DNA of 63,119 nt, filler included, from Octopus bimaculoides (taxonomy: Eukaryota), in the NCBI RefSeq assembly GCF_001194135.2. It is 3 parts of 3 records of this genome, joined end to end, with 100 filler letters (N's around TTAATTAATTAA, not from the genome) between each part and the next. Parts side by side here need not be neighbours in the genome. Positions count along the whole stretch, not along the records: positions 1 to 10,063 come from NC_069000.1; positions 10,164 to 33,615 come from NC_068991.1; 1 more part is not named here. The stretch is one strand, 5' to 3'. This document shows, in pieces, positions 1 through 13,436 of the stretch. The notes under the pieces were generated by a model that did no database searches, was not told the DNA's origin, and saw only the letters and a program-made list of their open reading frames with translations. Position 1 is the first letter of the stretch. Each line of letters begins with the position of its first letter. The position numbers and the translations under genes are program-made.

Positions 1-145
1 AGACTAAGCACGTATTTTTAAGTCTATTTATGTGATTTATTCCCGCTAAACCGAAGGGGGTTTTCATGAAAATCGTAATGACAATCGTTCGAGTACCAAA
101 AAGTTTGGTTTCATTGACTTCACCTAATACTACACGCACACGAAT

Positions 146-213
<68 letters not shown>

Positions 214-976
214 GTATGTGCATATATGTATACCATTGTGTATTTCCTATTGGTAGCAATTACATAACTACTATGGATTTTGAGTTTGAGTTGGAACGGA
301 TTACCCTTGTTTGTATGTATTTCCATTATTCATGTAATGAACGGCTAACGAACAGTCTCCGGAGCGGATTTGATTAGTATATGGAAATTCAACTTTATAA
401 CACGCGCTCACACATGTGTGTGTGTAGGGAAAGAGAGGAATTCTCGTATATAAAGATGCAATCGGGTACCCATTCTCTTAATTTCTATATATTTAATATG
501 AATAGTGTTTATTCACTGAAACAATCGTGAAGCAGGTAGACATTAAAGTGGAGAAGGTACATTCGTATAAAGACATAATAAACTGCACTTGTATGAACCC
601 ATCATCTGCATCTTCGTTTCCAAATCATAGTTAAAGGTTATTGTATGCCAGTGCACTATAAAAATCGATAAACCATCCAAGGCATATATCGGCATCAATT
701 CAAACGTAAACTTATTCAAAAATGAAAAACAAATAGAGAAGAGAAAGAAAGAAAGGAAGGAAGAAAGAAAGGAAGAATAAAATTAATTCTGTGATTTTCT
801 TCGCTTCTATTACTTTACTGTTCGTTTCTGCATTTCTTTCGTTCATCGTTGTTCACGTAATACATGTATATAGGAACAATTTGAAAGTTTTAATTAATGC
901 TCTTACACGCTCCGCCCAGGAGCGAAACTGATTTGGACATTTGTTGCGTTCAATTAAGATACATACATACTGAGAA

Positions 977-1045
<69 letters not shown>

Positions 1046-1286
1046 AACACACACATAAGCTATCTTAAACACACACACACACACTAACGCAACACACACA
1101 CAGGCACATATATGTTTCCAAACATGCAGGGATATTTGTTTATGTAAGGACTGAGAATAAGCAATATGGCGTGCCTGTGTCTGCTAGCGATTGCCCAGGC
1201 ACACAAGAGCTAACGAGAGCTATGTATGTACCAGCAAGTCATATACACCTCGGTTGCTGTTATGTACAACTAAATTTCCATGCATA

Positions 1287-1507
1287 TACGAGGGGGAGCT
1301 GAAACATTGGTGGCTTTAATGGTATCGGGAAAAGCCTGGTTAGAGCCTCATCCTTCCGAATCCTTTTACAGGGCTTAGAAAATATGAGCAATCACTGCTA
1401 CAAGGGTGTGAATGCGAAGGTGGAGGGATATGTTCGGCAAAATGACTAGCTGATTTTCCCGTATCTGCTTTTACTCATAGCCAGGAACTTGTCAGCGCCT
1501 CTTCGTA
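1287..1507 (+). mobile_element. Non-autonomous Tc1/mariner element (internally deleted, about 220 bp)
   Basis: Left end TA-CGAGGGGGAGCTGAAACATTGGTGGCT and right end AGCCAGGAACTTGTCAGCGCCTCTTCG-TA are imperfect ~27-bp inverted repeats bounded by TA. Internal GLENMSNHCYKGVNAKVEGYVR resembles the mariner transposase C-terminus (GI..L..RW.KC....G.YVE). Confidence 0.75.
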
Positions 1508-2566
1508 TATGCGTACACATAGACGTGTGTTTGTGTGTGCGTGTGTATGTGAGCGTGTGCGAGTGTATGTGAGCGTGTGCGTGTGTATGTGAGTGTGTGC
1601 GTGCGTGTGTGTGTGTCCATCCGTTTGTTAAAGAAATAGCGTTGTTATACAAATAATAACTGTATAACATACATACATGCATAGATGCATATACACACAC
1701 GCGCGCACGTACATATAAATACACACATATATATATATATATGTGTGTGTGCGTGTGTGTGTGTAGTTATATGCATGATGCATATTATATGCTCTAGTGT
1801 CGAAACGATAAAGATAACCGATCAGGCAGCTGAGGATGGGAGACTCAATATTTCTATAGCGTGGTTTAGCATTCCTTCCTTCTTCTCTATGTTTTTGTCG
1901 CGGTAATTGCGTTAGTAAGTATACAACCAGTTCTACCAAATTTATTCTTCTTGCTGCAATGGGTTTGTTTGAGATTTGTGAAGAGACGTGGTTGGAGAAG
2001 GCTTTGTATGAGTGCAGCTTAGCTTTTCACATAACAAACAGAAGTTAGAAATTTTTTCCATTTTATGTAGAAACAATATTATACATTAAATAGGTGGTGA
2101 AGTTTGCGTTGTCGCTTTGATGTAGTGTTTAGCGCAGACAAACCGTTGAAAGCACACGTCCGTTGGAGACTCGAATCGTATTTTAAATTATATTCACTTA
2201 CGTCAAATACACACTCTGTGGTATATTCACGCATGTATACCTACACTGATACATCAATAGATAGATATATATATATACATATATACACATACACGTAGAT
2301 ATATGATTTAACAAATACTCTATGTTTCGCTAGCAGGTGTAAAGCATGGAAACATTAATTGAAAATTAGAAAATTCTAACGAATATGTACATACATATGT
2401 ACGTGTGTACGTGTCCTGTGGGTGAATGTGTGTAAATATATATGTGTGTGTGAGTGAGTTTTTGTGTATGTTTGTATCTATATATACAGAGAGAGAGAGA
2501 GAGGGAGAGAGAAAGAGAGAGGTAGGTTTGTAAGTACATGCGTATACTCTCTAATCCGTACACATT

Positions 2567-2600
<34 letters not shown>

Positions 2601-3536
2601 NNNNNNNNNNNNNNNNNNNNNNNNNNNNNNNNNNNNNNNNNNNNNNNNNNNNNNNNNNNNNNNNNNNNNNNNNNNNNNNNNNNNNNNNNNNNNNNNNNNN
2701 NNNNNNNNNNNNNNNNNNNNNNNNNNNNNNNNNNNNNNNNNNNNNNNNNNNNNNNNNNNNNNNNNNNNNNNNNNNNNNNNNNNNNNNNNNNNNNNNNNNN
2801 NNNNNNNNNNNNNNNNNNNNNNNNNNNNNNNNNNNNNNNNNNNNNNNNNNNNNNNNNNNNNNNNNNNNNNNNNNNNNNNNNNNNNNNNNNNNNNNNNNNN
2901 NNNNNNNNNNNNNNNNNNNNNNNNNNNNNNNNNNNNNNNNNNNNNNNNNNNNNNNNNNNNNNNNNNNNNNNNNNNNNNNNNNNNNNNNNNNNNNNNNNNN
3001 NNNNNNNNNNNNNNNNNNNNNNNNNNNNNNNNNNNNNNNNNNNNNNNNNNNNNNNNNNNNNNNNNNNNNNNNNNNNNNNNNNNNNNNNNNNNNNNNNNNN
3101 NNNNNNNNNNNNNNNNNNNNNNNNNNNNNNNNNNNNNNNNNNNNNNNNNNNNNNNNNNNNNNNNNNNNNNNNNNNNNNNNNNNNNNNNNNNNNNNNNNNN
3201 NNNNNNNNNNNNNNNNNNNNNNNNNNNNNNNNNNNNNNNNNNNNNNNNNNNNNNNNNNNNNNNNNNNNNNNNNNNNNNNNNNNNNNNNNNNNNNNNNNNN
3301 NNNNNNNNNNNNNNNNNNNNNNNNNNNNNNNNNNNNNNNNNNNNNNNNNNNNNNNNNNNNNNNNNNNNNNNNNNNNNNNNNNNNNNNNNNNNNNNNNNNN
3401 NNNNNNNNNNNNNNNNNNNNNNNNNNNNNNNNNNNNNNNNNNNNNNNNNNNNNNNNNNNNNNNNNNNNNNNNNNNNNNNNNNNNNNNNNNNNNNNNNNNN
3501 NNNNNNNNNNNNNNNNNNNNNNNNNNNNNNNNNNNN

Positions 3537-3594
<58 letters not shown>

Positions 3595-3684
3595 ATGTGT
3601 GTTGATAAATAGACAATAAGCCAAACAGAGAGTTAGATAGATAGATGGATAGACAGACGGATAGATAGATAGACAGATAGACAT

Positions 3685-3758
<74 letters not shown>

Positions 3759-4414
3759 CCACGCCAACGCATATTTCTATGCTCGCGCATATGCACCCAC
3801 GTCACTTACCTTGCTTTCCCCAAAATATAATCCTGCCAGTTATTTCCTTTTTAAATCTTCGGCCTTTCGAAAATACACAGCATTAAATTTCAAACTTCCA
3901 TTTCCGCAAAAAAAGTAAAAAAGAATATAACACCAGATAAAACAACTCCAAAAAGACATGAATTTTAAATTTAATGCAATTTCACGTATTTACGCTTATC
4001 TGCTTCACTCATTAACTCGTAATAATTAACTATATTACTGTTAATTTATTGGATTATTACAAACTCAAATTCGCTTGGGTATTTTATCTCAGCCTGTGCA
4101 CAACGTCTTCAGTATTCACACAGCAGTTGCTATTTGTCAATATTTGTTCATTCACAGGGCCACTTGTGTAACTTTTCAATTTTAATGAACGAATTCTCAT
4201 TCCTCCGCCTCCTGTATTTGCTATCGTTATGGCTTCAACTATTAAATTCGTAAATTTCATTAGAAGTTATTTCATGTATATTTCTATTTATTTAGCGTCC
4301 CCGTACTCAAACTTTTAATTAAAATTTATTTTTAAACGCCATTTATTTTAAACGATGGCATATTTATGTAGCAGTTTATGTGAATTCAGTGGTTGATTTA
4401 TTATTGATATTTTT

Positions 4415-4810
4415 CTTGTACTTGTTTCAGTCATTGGAATGCAGCCATGCTCGGGTATCATCTTGACATGTTTATTCCAACAGATCGACTTCAGTGGTTA
4501 TATTTCAAGCAAGGTACTTATTCGGTCAGTACCGCTAAGTTAAGGGGACGTAAACAAACCAGCACCTGTTTTCAAGCGATGGTGATGAGAAGCACAATCA
4601 CAAAGCCTCTTATACGCATGCGTGCACTCACACACACACACATATATGTAAAGATACATACGACGAGCTTTCAGCTTCGTTTATCAAATCCACTCACAGG
4701 GCTTTGGAAACCCCGGGGCCATCACAGAAAGAGCAAGGTGTCACGTAGAGGGAATGAACCTGCAACCATGTATTTGGAAAGCAAACGAGCTATCACAACT
4801 AAGCGATGTC
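4415..4810 (-). mobile_element. SINE family A copy (tRNA-like head, internal CA/TA microsatellite, 3' body), degenerate
   Basis: Reverse complement matches both halves of the family A copies at 7341-7812, 8375-8780 and 50060-50420. An internal (CA/TA) tract lies at about 4610-4650. Confidence 0.8.
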
Positions 4811-5333
4811 ATATCATTCTGTTAGTAAATAATAAAATTTGTATTTTTTTAACCTCACAAACTCATTGCTTACTTTCTGACATGCGAGGCTTCATCGAAA
4901 CGTACTGTTTTATTATTTTATGTAAATAGTCCCTTGTATGTCATTAGTTTTAAAGATCTCGTAAATACACAGACGTGATCTAGTTTTATATTTTTATCGA
5001 AGACTTTTCACATATTCCCATGTATACTTTGTCGTCTGCTTACAACACTAAGGTTTCTAAATTTATTTCCTATGTAACTAAATGTTCACAGTCTTATCTT
5101 CAGAAAGAAGTGATGTTGATCTTAATTTGAATTTTAACCGTTAAATTTATACAGAATCAGTTATGTTTATTTTAGTTTCTGAGCAATGTACAATAACTAT
5201 GTGGTGGTGGTGGTCGTCGTGATGGGAAGCTTCAGCATTGGTTTTTGTGATACGTATCGCCGGGGAAGCGACCTCAGACACGCCATCTGTAGGGATTTGA
5301 CTGAAGCAAGTGTCAGTGGATAACAAAATATTC

Positions 5334-5712
5334 TTTTCTACTCTAGGCACAAGGCCGCAAATTTTTGGGGAGGGGGCCTGTCGATTACGTCGATCCCAGT
5401 ACGCAACTGATACTTAATTTAGCGACCCCGAGAAAATGAAAGGCAAAGTCGATCTCGGCGGAATTTGAACTCAGAACGTAAAGACAGATGAAATAGTGTT
5501 AGGTATTTCGACCGGCGTGCTAACGTTTCTGCCTTGAGGATAACAAAATATTCATTTCTACCCTAGGCATAAGGCCCGAAATTTTGGGAGAGAGGACCAG
5601 TCGATTAGATCGACCGCAGCACACAACTGGTACCTAATTTAGCGACCCAGAGAGAATGAAAGGCAAAGTCGACCTCGGCGGAATTTGAACTCAGAACATA
5701 GCGGCAGACGAA
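5334..5712 (-). mobile_element. Two tandem SINE family B copies (about 5334-5537 and 5554-5712)
   Basis: Both carry ...ACTTAATTTAGCGACCC.GAGA.AATGAAAGGCAAAGTCGA.CTCGGCGGAATTTGAACTCAGAAC, the reverse complement of the family B body seen at 43008. The period is 220 bp. Confidence 0.85.
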
Positions 5713-5759
5713 GATGACAAAAAATATTAACACTGAAATACCTCTTCGCAAAAACTCGG

Positions 5760-5875
5760 ATGCGTTAATATGATTTATGCTTGCTTTGTGGACCTCGAAA
5801 AAGTGCATGACTAGGTATCGCTAGACACGCTTTAGAGAAGTTTTGGATGAAATAGCAGATTCGTACAGGGATTTA
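5760..5875 (+). pseudogene. RTE-clade LINE reverse transcriptase fragment
   Basis: From 5773 it translates as IYACFVDLEKVHD*VSLDTL*RSFG, matching the non-LTR RT motif FVDLEKAFDRV..LW. It contains in-frame stops. Confidence 0.7.
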
Positions 5876-6215
5876 CCTTGAAATCCCTGTACAAGTGCAC
5901 TGGTAATTGTATTCGGTAAACGGTTCTAAATCAGATCCTTTTAAATGTGTGTGTTTCACTCTGGGCTAACTAATCGGAATTCTTTTCATATAGCTATTAA
6001 TTTGTTTTGCTTTGCGCAGCCGGTGTGCGTGTAGCAACAGAATCGACAGCTGCAGGATTCATTGGTCAATGTTTAGAGCGATTCATAAATTTGTTTGCAT
6101 ACATGAAGACTCCTCAATTCCCCATCACATAAATGAAGATCGTCATAGAAATTTGGTACTAGAAGCTGAACAATGTGGACAATTGTTCACTCAGCATGGG
6201 GGTACAGAAGGGTGT

Positions 6216-6462
6216 GGAGGCGCAATGGCCCAGTGGTTAGGGCAGCGGACTCGCGGTTTCGATTTCCAGACCGGACATTCTGAATATTTATTGAGCGCAA
6301 ACACCTAAAGCTCCACAAGGCTCCGGCAGGGTGTGGTGGCGAACCCTGTTGTACTCTTTCACCACAACTTTTTCTCACTCCTTCACGAGCAGGCTGTTCC
6401 GTTGGTCGGATCAACTGGAACCCTCGACGTCGTAAGCGACGGAGTGCCACGACGACGACAAC
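6216..6462 (+). mobile_element. SINE family D (tRNA-like head) with internal deletion, carrying the family C 3' tail
   Basis: The head GGCGCAATGGCCCAGTGGTTAGGGCAGCGGACTCGCGG contains a Pol III A-box. The tail CACGAGCAGGCTGTTCCGTTGGTCGGATCAACTGGAACCCTCG...GGAGTGCCA is shared with the copy at 13437-13760. Confidence 0.8.
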
Positions 6463-7340
6463 AGTAGGGTATTTTTTTATTTTGGAAGTGACCGCTTTCT
6501 TACACTCAAAGCAGGTATAAGTCTCTCGTGTTATCTTAGAGCTTCTTCCAAAACATCCAAACAGTCAATGATATATGATGCGAGCCATTAACGAAATTCT
6601 GTTACTAGTTATAATCATGTTATGCAGCAAATCTCCCACCAGACTCTTCCTTTTTGATCCGACGTGAATTCATTCTTATAGCAATTGTGTAATATGATAT
6701 TTCTGTAAATTGATAGTAGGGTCCCTGAATGCATGGTGAACATAATAATCAGGATTCCGAAACTCTGCAGCATGACAAGGCACCAACAGGGACACAAAAT
6801 TGGTGTAATATCAACAAGGAACAAACATTGATGCATTTACAAGCAGATTTGGAGCTACTACACACACTCACACACTCACACACATACATACACATACATA
6901 TACACCATGTCTTCATGTTTAGATACGTCAAAACACATCTCGACCTGCACAGCCTCCACCAAAATAAAATCTTTTATAGCTTCAGAGAACTCACTCTACA
7001 AAGAAATATATTCCATGAATTTTACACGCATATAACAGCATATCTAAATATCAACATATCTAAATATAATATACACGGTACAAAGATACGGTCTAGTAAT
7101 AGTTTCATGCAGTGAAGACAGGTGTCCAGGCACGTTTTCTCCCAGCAATCTGAAAGACCTGGCTACACGTCTGTCATCACAGGAAGAAACTATTAGTAGT
7201 TGGTATCTTTCTGTTGTATGTATTAAGGGAGATTTATCGCTCACTAGATGGAGTATTTTTCTTATTGATGGTCTTTATTTAACAAAACAATAAATTAAGT
7301 TTCACCCTATTTAATTTAGTTATAGCGATATTATATGCCT

Positions 7341-7607
7341 CCATGGCTGTGTAGAAAGAGGTTTGCTTCCCAACCACATGGTTCCGGGTTTAGGCCTACT
7401 GTGTGGCACGCACGGCAGCAATCTTCGGGCCGACAAAAATCTTGTGAGTGGATTTAGTAGACGAAACTGAAAGAAGCCCGTCATATATATATATATATAT
7501 ATATTTGACAGGAAGGACAGCAAAAGAAAGAAAGAGACCTCGATATTATGCAAATAGAGGAATTTATCTGTAAAAATATGTGACACTTATTCAGTAGCCA
7601 TGATAAA

Positions 7608-7653
<46 letters not shown>

Positions 7654-7812
7654 TCCCCCATCAACAGGTGATGGCGTGTTTACGTTCTCGTAACTTAGTG
7701 ATTCGGCAAAAGAGAGCGATACAATAAGTACCAGGTCTTAAAAAATAATATCTGTAAATGGTAATTTCGAGCTCTTCAAGTCACTGCCCCAGCATGGCTG
7801 CAGTCTAATGAT
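7341..7812 (+). mobile_element. SINE family A copy with internal (TA)n, ~105-bp insert and (TG)n
   Basis: Order is head GCTTCCCAACCACATGGTTCCGGG...GAAACTGAAAGAAGCCCGTC, then microsatellite, then body TTTGTCCCC...CCCCAGCATGGCTGCAGTCTAATGA. Homologous to the other family A copies. Confidence 0.85.
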
Positions 7813-7814
7813 AT

Positions 7815-7965
7815 CTGTCTGTTTGTCTATCTATCTTTCTGTCTGTCTGTCTGTCTGTTTATCTATCTTTCTGTATGTCTGTCTGTCTGTCTATCTATTT
7901 GTCTATCTATCTATTTATCTATGCATCTATCTATCTATCTATTTGTCTGCCTGTCTATCTACCTT

Positions 7966-8003
<38 letters not shown>

Positions 8004-8106
8004 CATCTATCCATATATCTAACAATCTTTCTGTCTGTCTGTCTGTCTGTCTATCTATTTGACTATCTATCTATGCATATATCTATCTGTCTATCTATCT
8101 ATCTTT
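7815..8106. repeat. Compound (TCTG)/(TCTA) tetranucleotide microsatellite
   Basis: Directly visible. Confidence 0.95.
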
Positions 8107-8374
8107 CTGTGAATAAAAGAGAAAGCAAAGTTAGAACAGATAATGCCATACATCTTATTTACTTGTTGTTTTCTAGACTCTTGGGATTAAATTCTCGATA
8201 AAAAATATTTATAACCTTATAATTATTTATTAGAGAACTTCAAAACATAAGGCTGCAATAACGGCGCTGAATGCTATAGAAAGTTGTTTAAGTAGTTAAG
8301 CGTGCAGCTGGTGCTTCGTATTGGCCCTGATTGTGGATACTTAACTAATTTTATTTTACTAATAGAGCGTTTGC

Positions 8375-8780
8375 GCAGTCGTTGCTGTATTGTAAGACGC
8401 TTAATTCCCAGCCACGTGGTTCCGGGTTTCGTCGCAATGTGTGGCACCTTGGGCAACTGTCATCTAATATGGCCTCCGCCCGACCAAAGCCTGGTGAGTG
8501 GATTCGACAAACCTAAGCGCAAAGAAGCCTGTCGTATATACATTATGTGCGTGTGTGTGTGTGTGTGTGTGTGTTTGCTTGCGTGTTTATGTCTGTGTTT
8601 CCGCCCTATCGTTTGACAACCGGTGTTTATGTCGTCGTAACTTAGCGTTTCGGCAAAAGACACCGATAAATTAAGTACCAAGCTCTTAAAAAAATTCCTG
8701 GAATCGATTTCTCTGACTAAAACGCTTCAAGGCTAGGCTCCAGCATGTGCGCAGATAAATGACTGAAAGAAGTAAAAGAT
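8375..8780 (+). mobile_element. SINE family A copy, followed by a family B fragment (about 8785-8870)
   Basis: Same head, (TG)n and body order as the copy at 7341-7812. Confidence 0.85.
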
Positions 8781-9071
8781 TAGAGGCAATTCTTCAGTCT
8801 TTATGCTTTTAGTTCAAATCCAGACGACGTCGACATTGTCTTCTACCCTTCCGGGGCCAATCATAATTAGAAATATAAATTAGCCATTATGGTCTTGTTA
8901 GTACGCTAGCCACTGATAAATCATTAAATAATGACTTTACTCTAATTATGCATAAATATATATTAATTCACTCCACAAATATATTTGCTGCCGAATTATT
9001 CTGGGTAAATAAGCACATGGTTGAAATGGACGTTCGCGTTTTTCTTCGTATATATATATGTGTGAATTATG

Positions 9072-9106
<35 letters not shown>

Positions 9107-10063
9107 TACATACTTATCTTGAGGTTTCATTTATGTATATGCATCTTCTAATTTGAAACTGTATGTGTATATATACATAACTCAAACCAGCAGTAACTTT
9201 CCTTGTTTTTAGTCCCAGAACACTTGAATTCTACTATTCTACTATTTTACTATCATCGGAAGATAAATTTACACAAATTTCTATACAACCTGGAGAAAGA
9301 AATGTAGATCAAAACTAAACCCAAGATTAGTTCTAAAACTAATCCCGTGAGTACAATTATTTTCTCTTGATTTCTATGACGCTGAGCAAACCGAAGATTT
9401 TGAACATTTTAATTTTACTTCAAACTCCCTAACCCTATCGATCTCTCCAACGGAGTAATGATTTTTCAATTATTCTTAACAGTAACTAGCGTACTTATTC
9501 GTAATACCTTTCGGCAGATTCGTGCTTTAATATTCTAATCGTTGCTATGTTTCGTTTCAGGAGAACAGCTTCTTCTTTACAACCATTATGTCTTCATAAG
9601 ACATATGATTCATAAGATCAATGGATTCTGGGACATCCAGTATTTCGGCATCCACGTGCCTCGTCAGCATGGAACACATCAAGAACAAAAGCTGATGGTT
9701 TTCTTAGATTTATAAGTGAATCTAAAATCTTCTGCATTATTTTTGTGTAACTTCTGCAAATAAACATTTTATAGTTTCCCTCCATCTTCCTGCAACAAAT
9801 AGCTCAAAATTCTTTAGATAATTCTTCGATTCCAAGACTTCAAAATCCTATGTTACCTCTGTAAATAAATTGGTTTAATGGTGATTATTTGCATTATATT
9901 GTCTTCTCTGCGATGAGATATATTGCTTTTAATTCCACGTTTAAAAACAACCATTATACTTCCACCAATCTTACGATAGTGCCAGAGTTGGCGAGGGCGC
10001 TCGTGGGGGGGGGGGTTTATTGCATGCGATATCGATAGTGGCGCCACGTATTTTAATGGTATA

Positions 10064-10163
10064 NNNNNNNNNNNNNNNNNNNNNNNNNNNNNNNNNNNNN
10101 NNNNNNNTTAATTAATTAANNNNNNNNNNNNNNNNNNNNNNNNNNNNNNNNNNNNNNNNNNNN
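10064..10163. other. Artificial scaffold-join linker: N44-TTAATTAATTAA-N44
   Basis: Exactly 100 bp. The 12-mer puts stops in all six frames, and an identical copy sits at 33616-33715. Confidence 0.9.
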
Positions 10164-10206
<43 letters not shown>

Positions 10207-10412
10207 AGAGAGTGAGACATACGTATGTATTGATAGTCATATACAAGTATATATACATACAAATACACACACGCGCATATATATATACATGCATGTATAC
10301 TTATAATATATGTGTTTGTGTGTGTGTGTTTCTGTGCGTGTTTTTGTGTATGTGTGAGTGCGACCGAATGTTTATGTGAGTATGTGCTTGTGCTTGTGTG
10401 TGTGTGTGTATG

Positions 10413-10465
<53 letters not shown>

Positions 10466-12445
10466 ATATACCTTGCTGCTAAAAGGAAATCACTCAAAAT
10501 CCATCCGGCTGGACCTTGTCCCTTTCACTCTAGTCATTATAGAATGCAAGCCTTTTGCAAGTCCCTTTTCCTTCCTCTGGGTCTATCTGCACTTTGTAGG
10601 TACACGTGTCTGCAGAGCACTCAGCTGTTATCACTACACAACAATGATCATGTAGATCTATTGATCGAGCTTCTGGAACCTTCCATTCTCAAAACTGTCA
10701 CGAGTTCCATTCAAAACAAAATAAACAATCGATAAATTAATTGTATGTAAACGCTGTGAACATTTCATATCCACACGCTACGATTGACGCTATATAGACT
10801 TAGTAAAGGCTTACAGATAGCAGATTGTAACAACTAACAACACGTAAACCCAATCTAAAAACAACCCTTTCCGTATTATTAACAGTCTCAAGAAAGATCA
10901 ATGGAATAATTCTATTGTCTTTATTGATTTATTTCGCATCAATCATATGATTCTTCAATCATATGAAGGCGCTACTCATGCATGGCCTTAACTGCGATAG
11001 TAAAATCAAACAAGACGAGAAGTTGTTTACTTTGTTGTCAAACTCAATTGGAAACATGTTTAGATCTGCTACGTTACTTTTGGTCGAAACAATAATTACT
11101 TTAATTCAATGAATAAATGTGAAAGCATTTTTTTCAAGTAATGATTCCTTATGTGTAAATGTTCTGCTGTTAATGCCTAACCCGTTCAGGACATAAATCA
11201 TTTGAACACGTAGAAAAACGACACTCCATAAAATAAGATACAAAACATAGATACGTTTTAGTTTGTGTCTATGTGCATAAGCGATATATATATAAAANNN
11301 NNNNNNNNNNNNNNNNNNNNNNNNNNNNNNNNNNNNNNNNNNNNNNNNNNNNNNNNNNNNNNNNNNNNNNNNNNNNNNNNNNNNNNNNNNNNNNNNNNNN
11401 NNNNNNNNNNNNNNNNNNNNNNNNNNNNNNNNNNNNNNNNNNNNNNNNNNNNNNNNNNNNNNNNNNNNNNNNNNNNNNNNNNNNNNNNNNNNNNNNNNNN
11501 NNNNNNNNNNNNNNNNNNNNNNNNNNNNNNNNNNNNNNNNNNNNNNNNNNNNNNNNNNNNNNNNNNNNNNNNNNNNNNNNNNNNNNNNNNNNNNNNNNNN
11601 NNNNNNNNNNNNNNNNNNNNNNNNNNNNNNNNNNNNNNNNNNNNNNNNNNNNNNNNNNNNNNNNNNNNNNNNNNNNNNNNNNNNNNNNNNNNNNNNNNNN
11701 NNNNNNNNNNNNNNNNNNNNNNNNNNNNNNNNNNNNNNNNNNNNNNNNNNNNNNNNNNNNNNNNNNNNNNNNNNNNNNNNNNNNNNNNNNNNNNNNNNNN
11801 NNNNNNNNNNNNNNNNNNNNNNNNNNNNNNNNNNNNNNNNNNNNNNNNNNNNNNNNNNNNNNNNNNNNNNNNNNNNNNNNNNNNNNNNNNNNNNNNNNNN
11901 NNNNNNNNNNNNNNNNNNNNNNNNNNNNNNNNNNNNNNNNNNNNNNNNNNNNNNNNNNNNNNNNNNNNNNNNNNNNNNNNNNNNNNNNNNNNNNNNNNNN
12001 NNNNNNNNNNNNNNNNNNNNNNNNNNNNNNNNNNNNNNNNNNNNNNNNNNNNNNNNNNNNNNNNNNNNNNNNNNNNNNNNNNNNNNNNNNNNNNNNNNNN
12101 NNNNNNNNNNNNNNNNNNNNNNNNNNNNNNNNNNNNNNNNNNNNNNNNNNNNNNNNNNNNNNNNNNNNNNNNNNNNNNNNNNNNNNNNNNNNNNNNNNNN
12201 NNNNNNNNNNNNNNNNNNNNNNNNNNNNNNNNNNNNNNNNNNNNNNNNNTGTGTGTGTGTGTGTGTGTGTGTGTGTATCTATCCATATATTCATATATAT
12301 GAATATACACGTGTGTATATATCTTCATTTATACATACATGTATATACATATACATAGATATTCTTTTCTTCTTTTATACTTTTCAGCGTATGTCGTCAT
12401 GCTGGGACACCGCCAGTATTATACGTATGTGTATATATCTATATT

Positions 12446-12478
<33 letters not shown>

Positions 12479-13436
12479 ATGTATATATACATATGTATGT
12501 ATATTTATATGTGAGTGTCTGTTTGGTTGGGAAGGTTAGTATGTATGCAGGTACACGCACAAGTAATACAGTCTACGTACAATGGAAAAACTATATGTCA
12601 AAAAACGCACGATCCGGCGTTTCTGCCTCCCTTTGATCTTCATCATTTAACATACAGCTAAGTGGAGTGCTGTTACCTATCATGTCGTTAACATTAAACT
12701 TCATTTATTGCCTCAAACGTTCGTTTTTCTCTCCCTTCGTTCTTCCATGCTGACTCTCTCTTCCTCAAACAATCCATTTGTTAGATTTTCTTTTCTTGCA
12801 TGGCTTGATTTGTCGCTTTCTTTTCTCTCTTTCTTTATTATATTTATTGTGCAATCGGATATATGACATATATTTTGCTATTTCCCGCAGAGATGTCGCT
12901 GTTAGATCTAATTTCCTTTTAGTTATAAAATCTCATTTTACATGTCTCTGCGAGATAAATGGGACACTTAATCTATTGTGTTATAATACTTCGCATATGT
13001 TTAATACCGATCACACTAATTTAACATTTTCTGGTATCAAACAATAAAATATAAAAATATAAGATTTATTTTACACATATGTCTATGAATGTATGAGTAT
13101 GTGTGAATGTGTGTGTACTTACGTATACGTGTGTTTGTGCAGGTATATGCATATATGTATATGTATATATGTATGTGTATATGTACATATATGTGTGTCT
13201 GTATATATATATATATATACATTTATATATGTATGTATATATATACAAATATATATATATATATATATATAATGACCAGGTAGGAAAGACAGAGCAAACC
13301 AGCCCCAACCAGCGCCCGCAATCAAATGCGATTCTTGTAATAGGTTGTCTAGAGCAAGATTGGGCTTATTACCCATCAGAAAGCTCATCATACGTTACAG
13401 CACAAGTGACACCCCGTCTCCTGGCTAAAATATAGA

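Noticed and set aside
7110-7215. Possible exon EDRCPGTFSPSNLKDLATRLSSQEETISS (similar weak candidates at 18500-18600, 25196-25250, 28468-28560 and 31120-31230)
   Set aside because: Plausible splice dinucleotides, but no homology recognised and no consistent gene model.
9533-9860. Good-looking splice acceptor (CTAAT...TTCGTTTCAG|G) and possible exon
   Set aside because: All frames hit stops within about 50 codons, with no convincing donor or known peptide.
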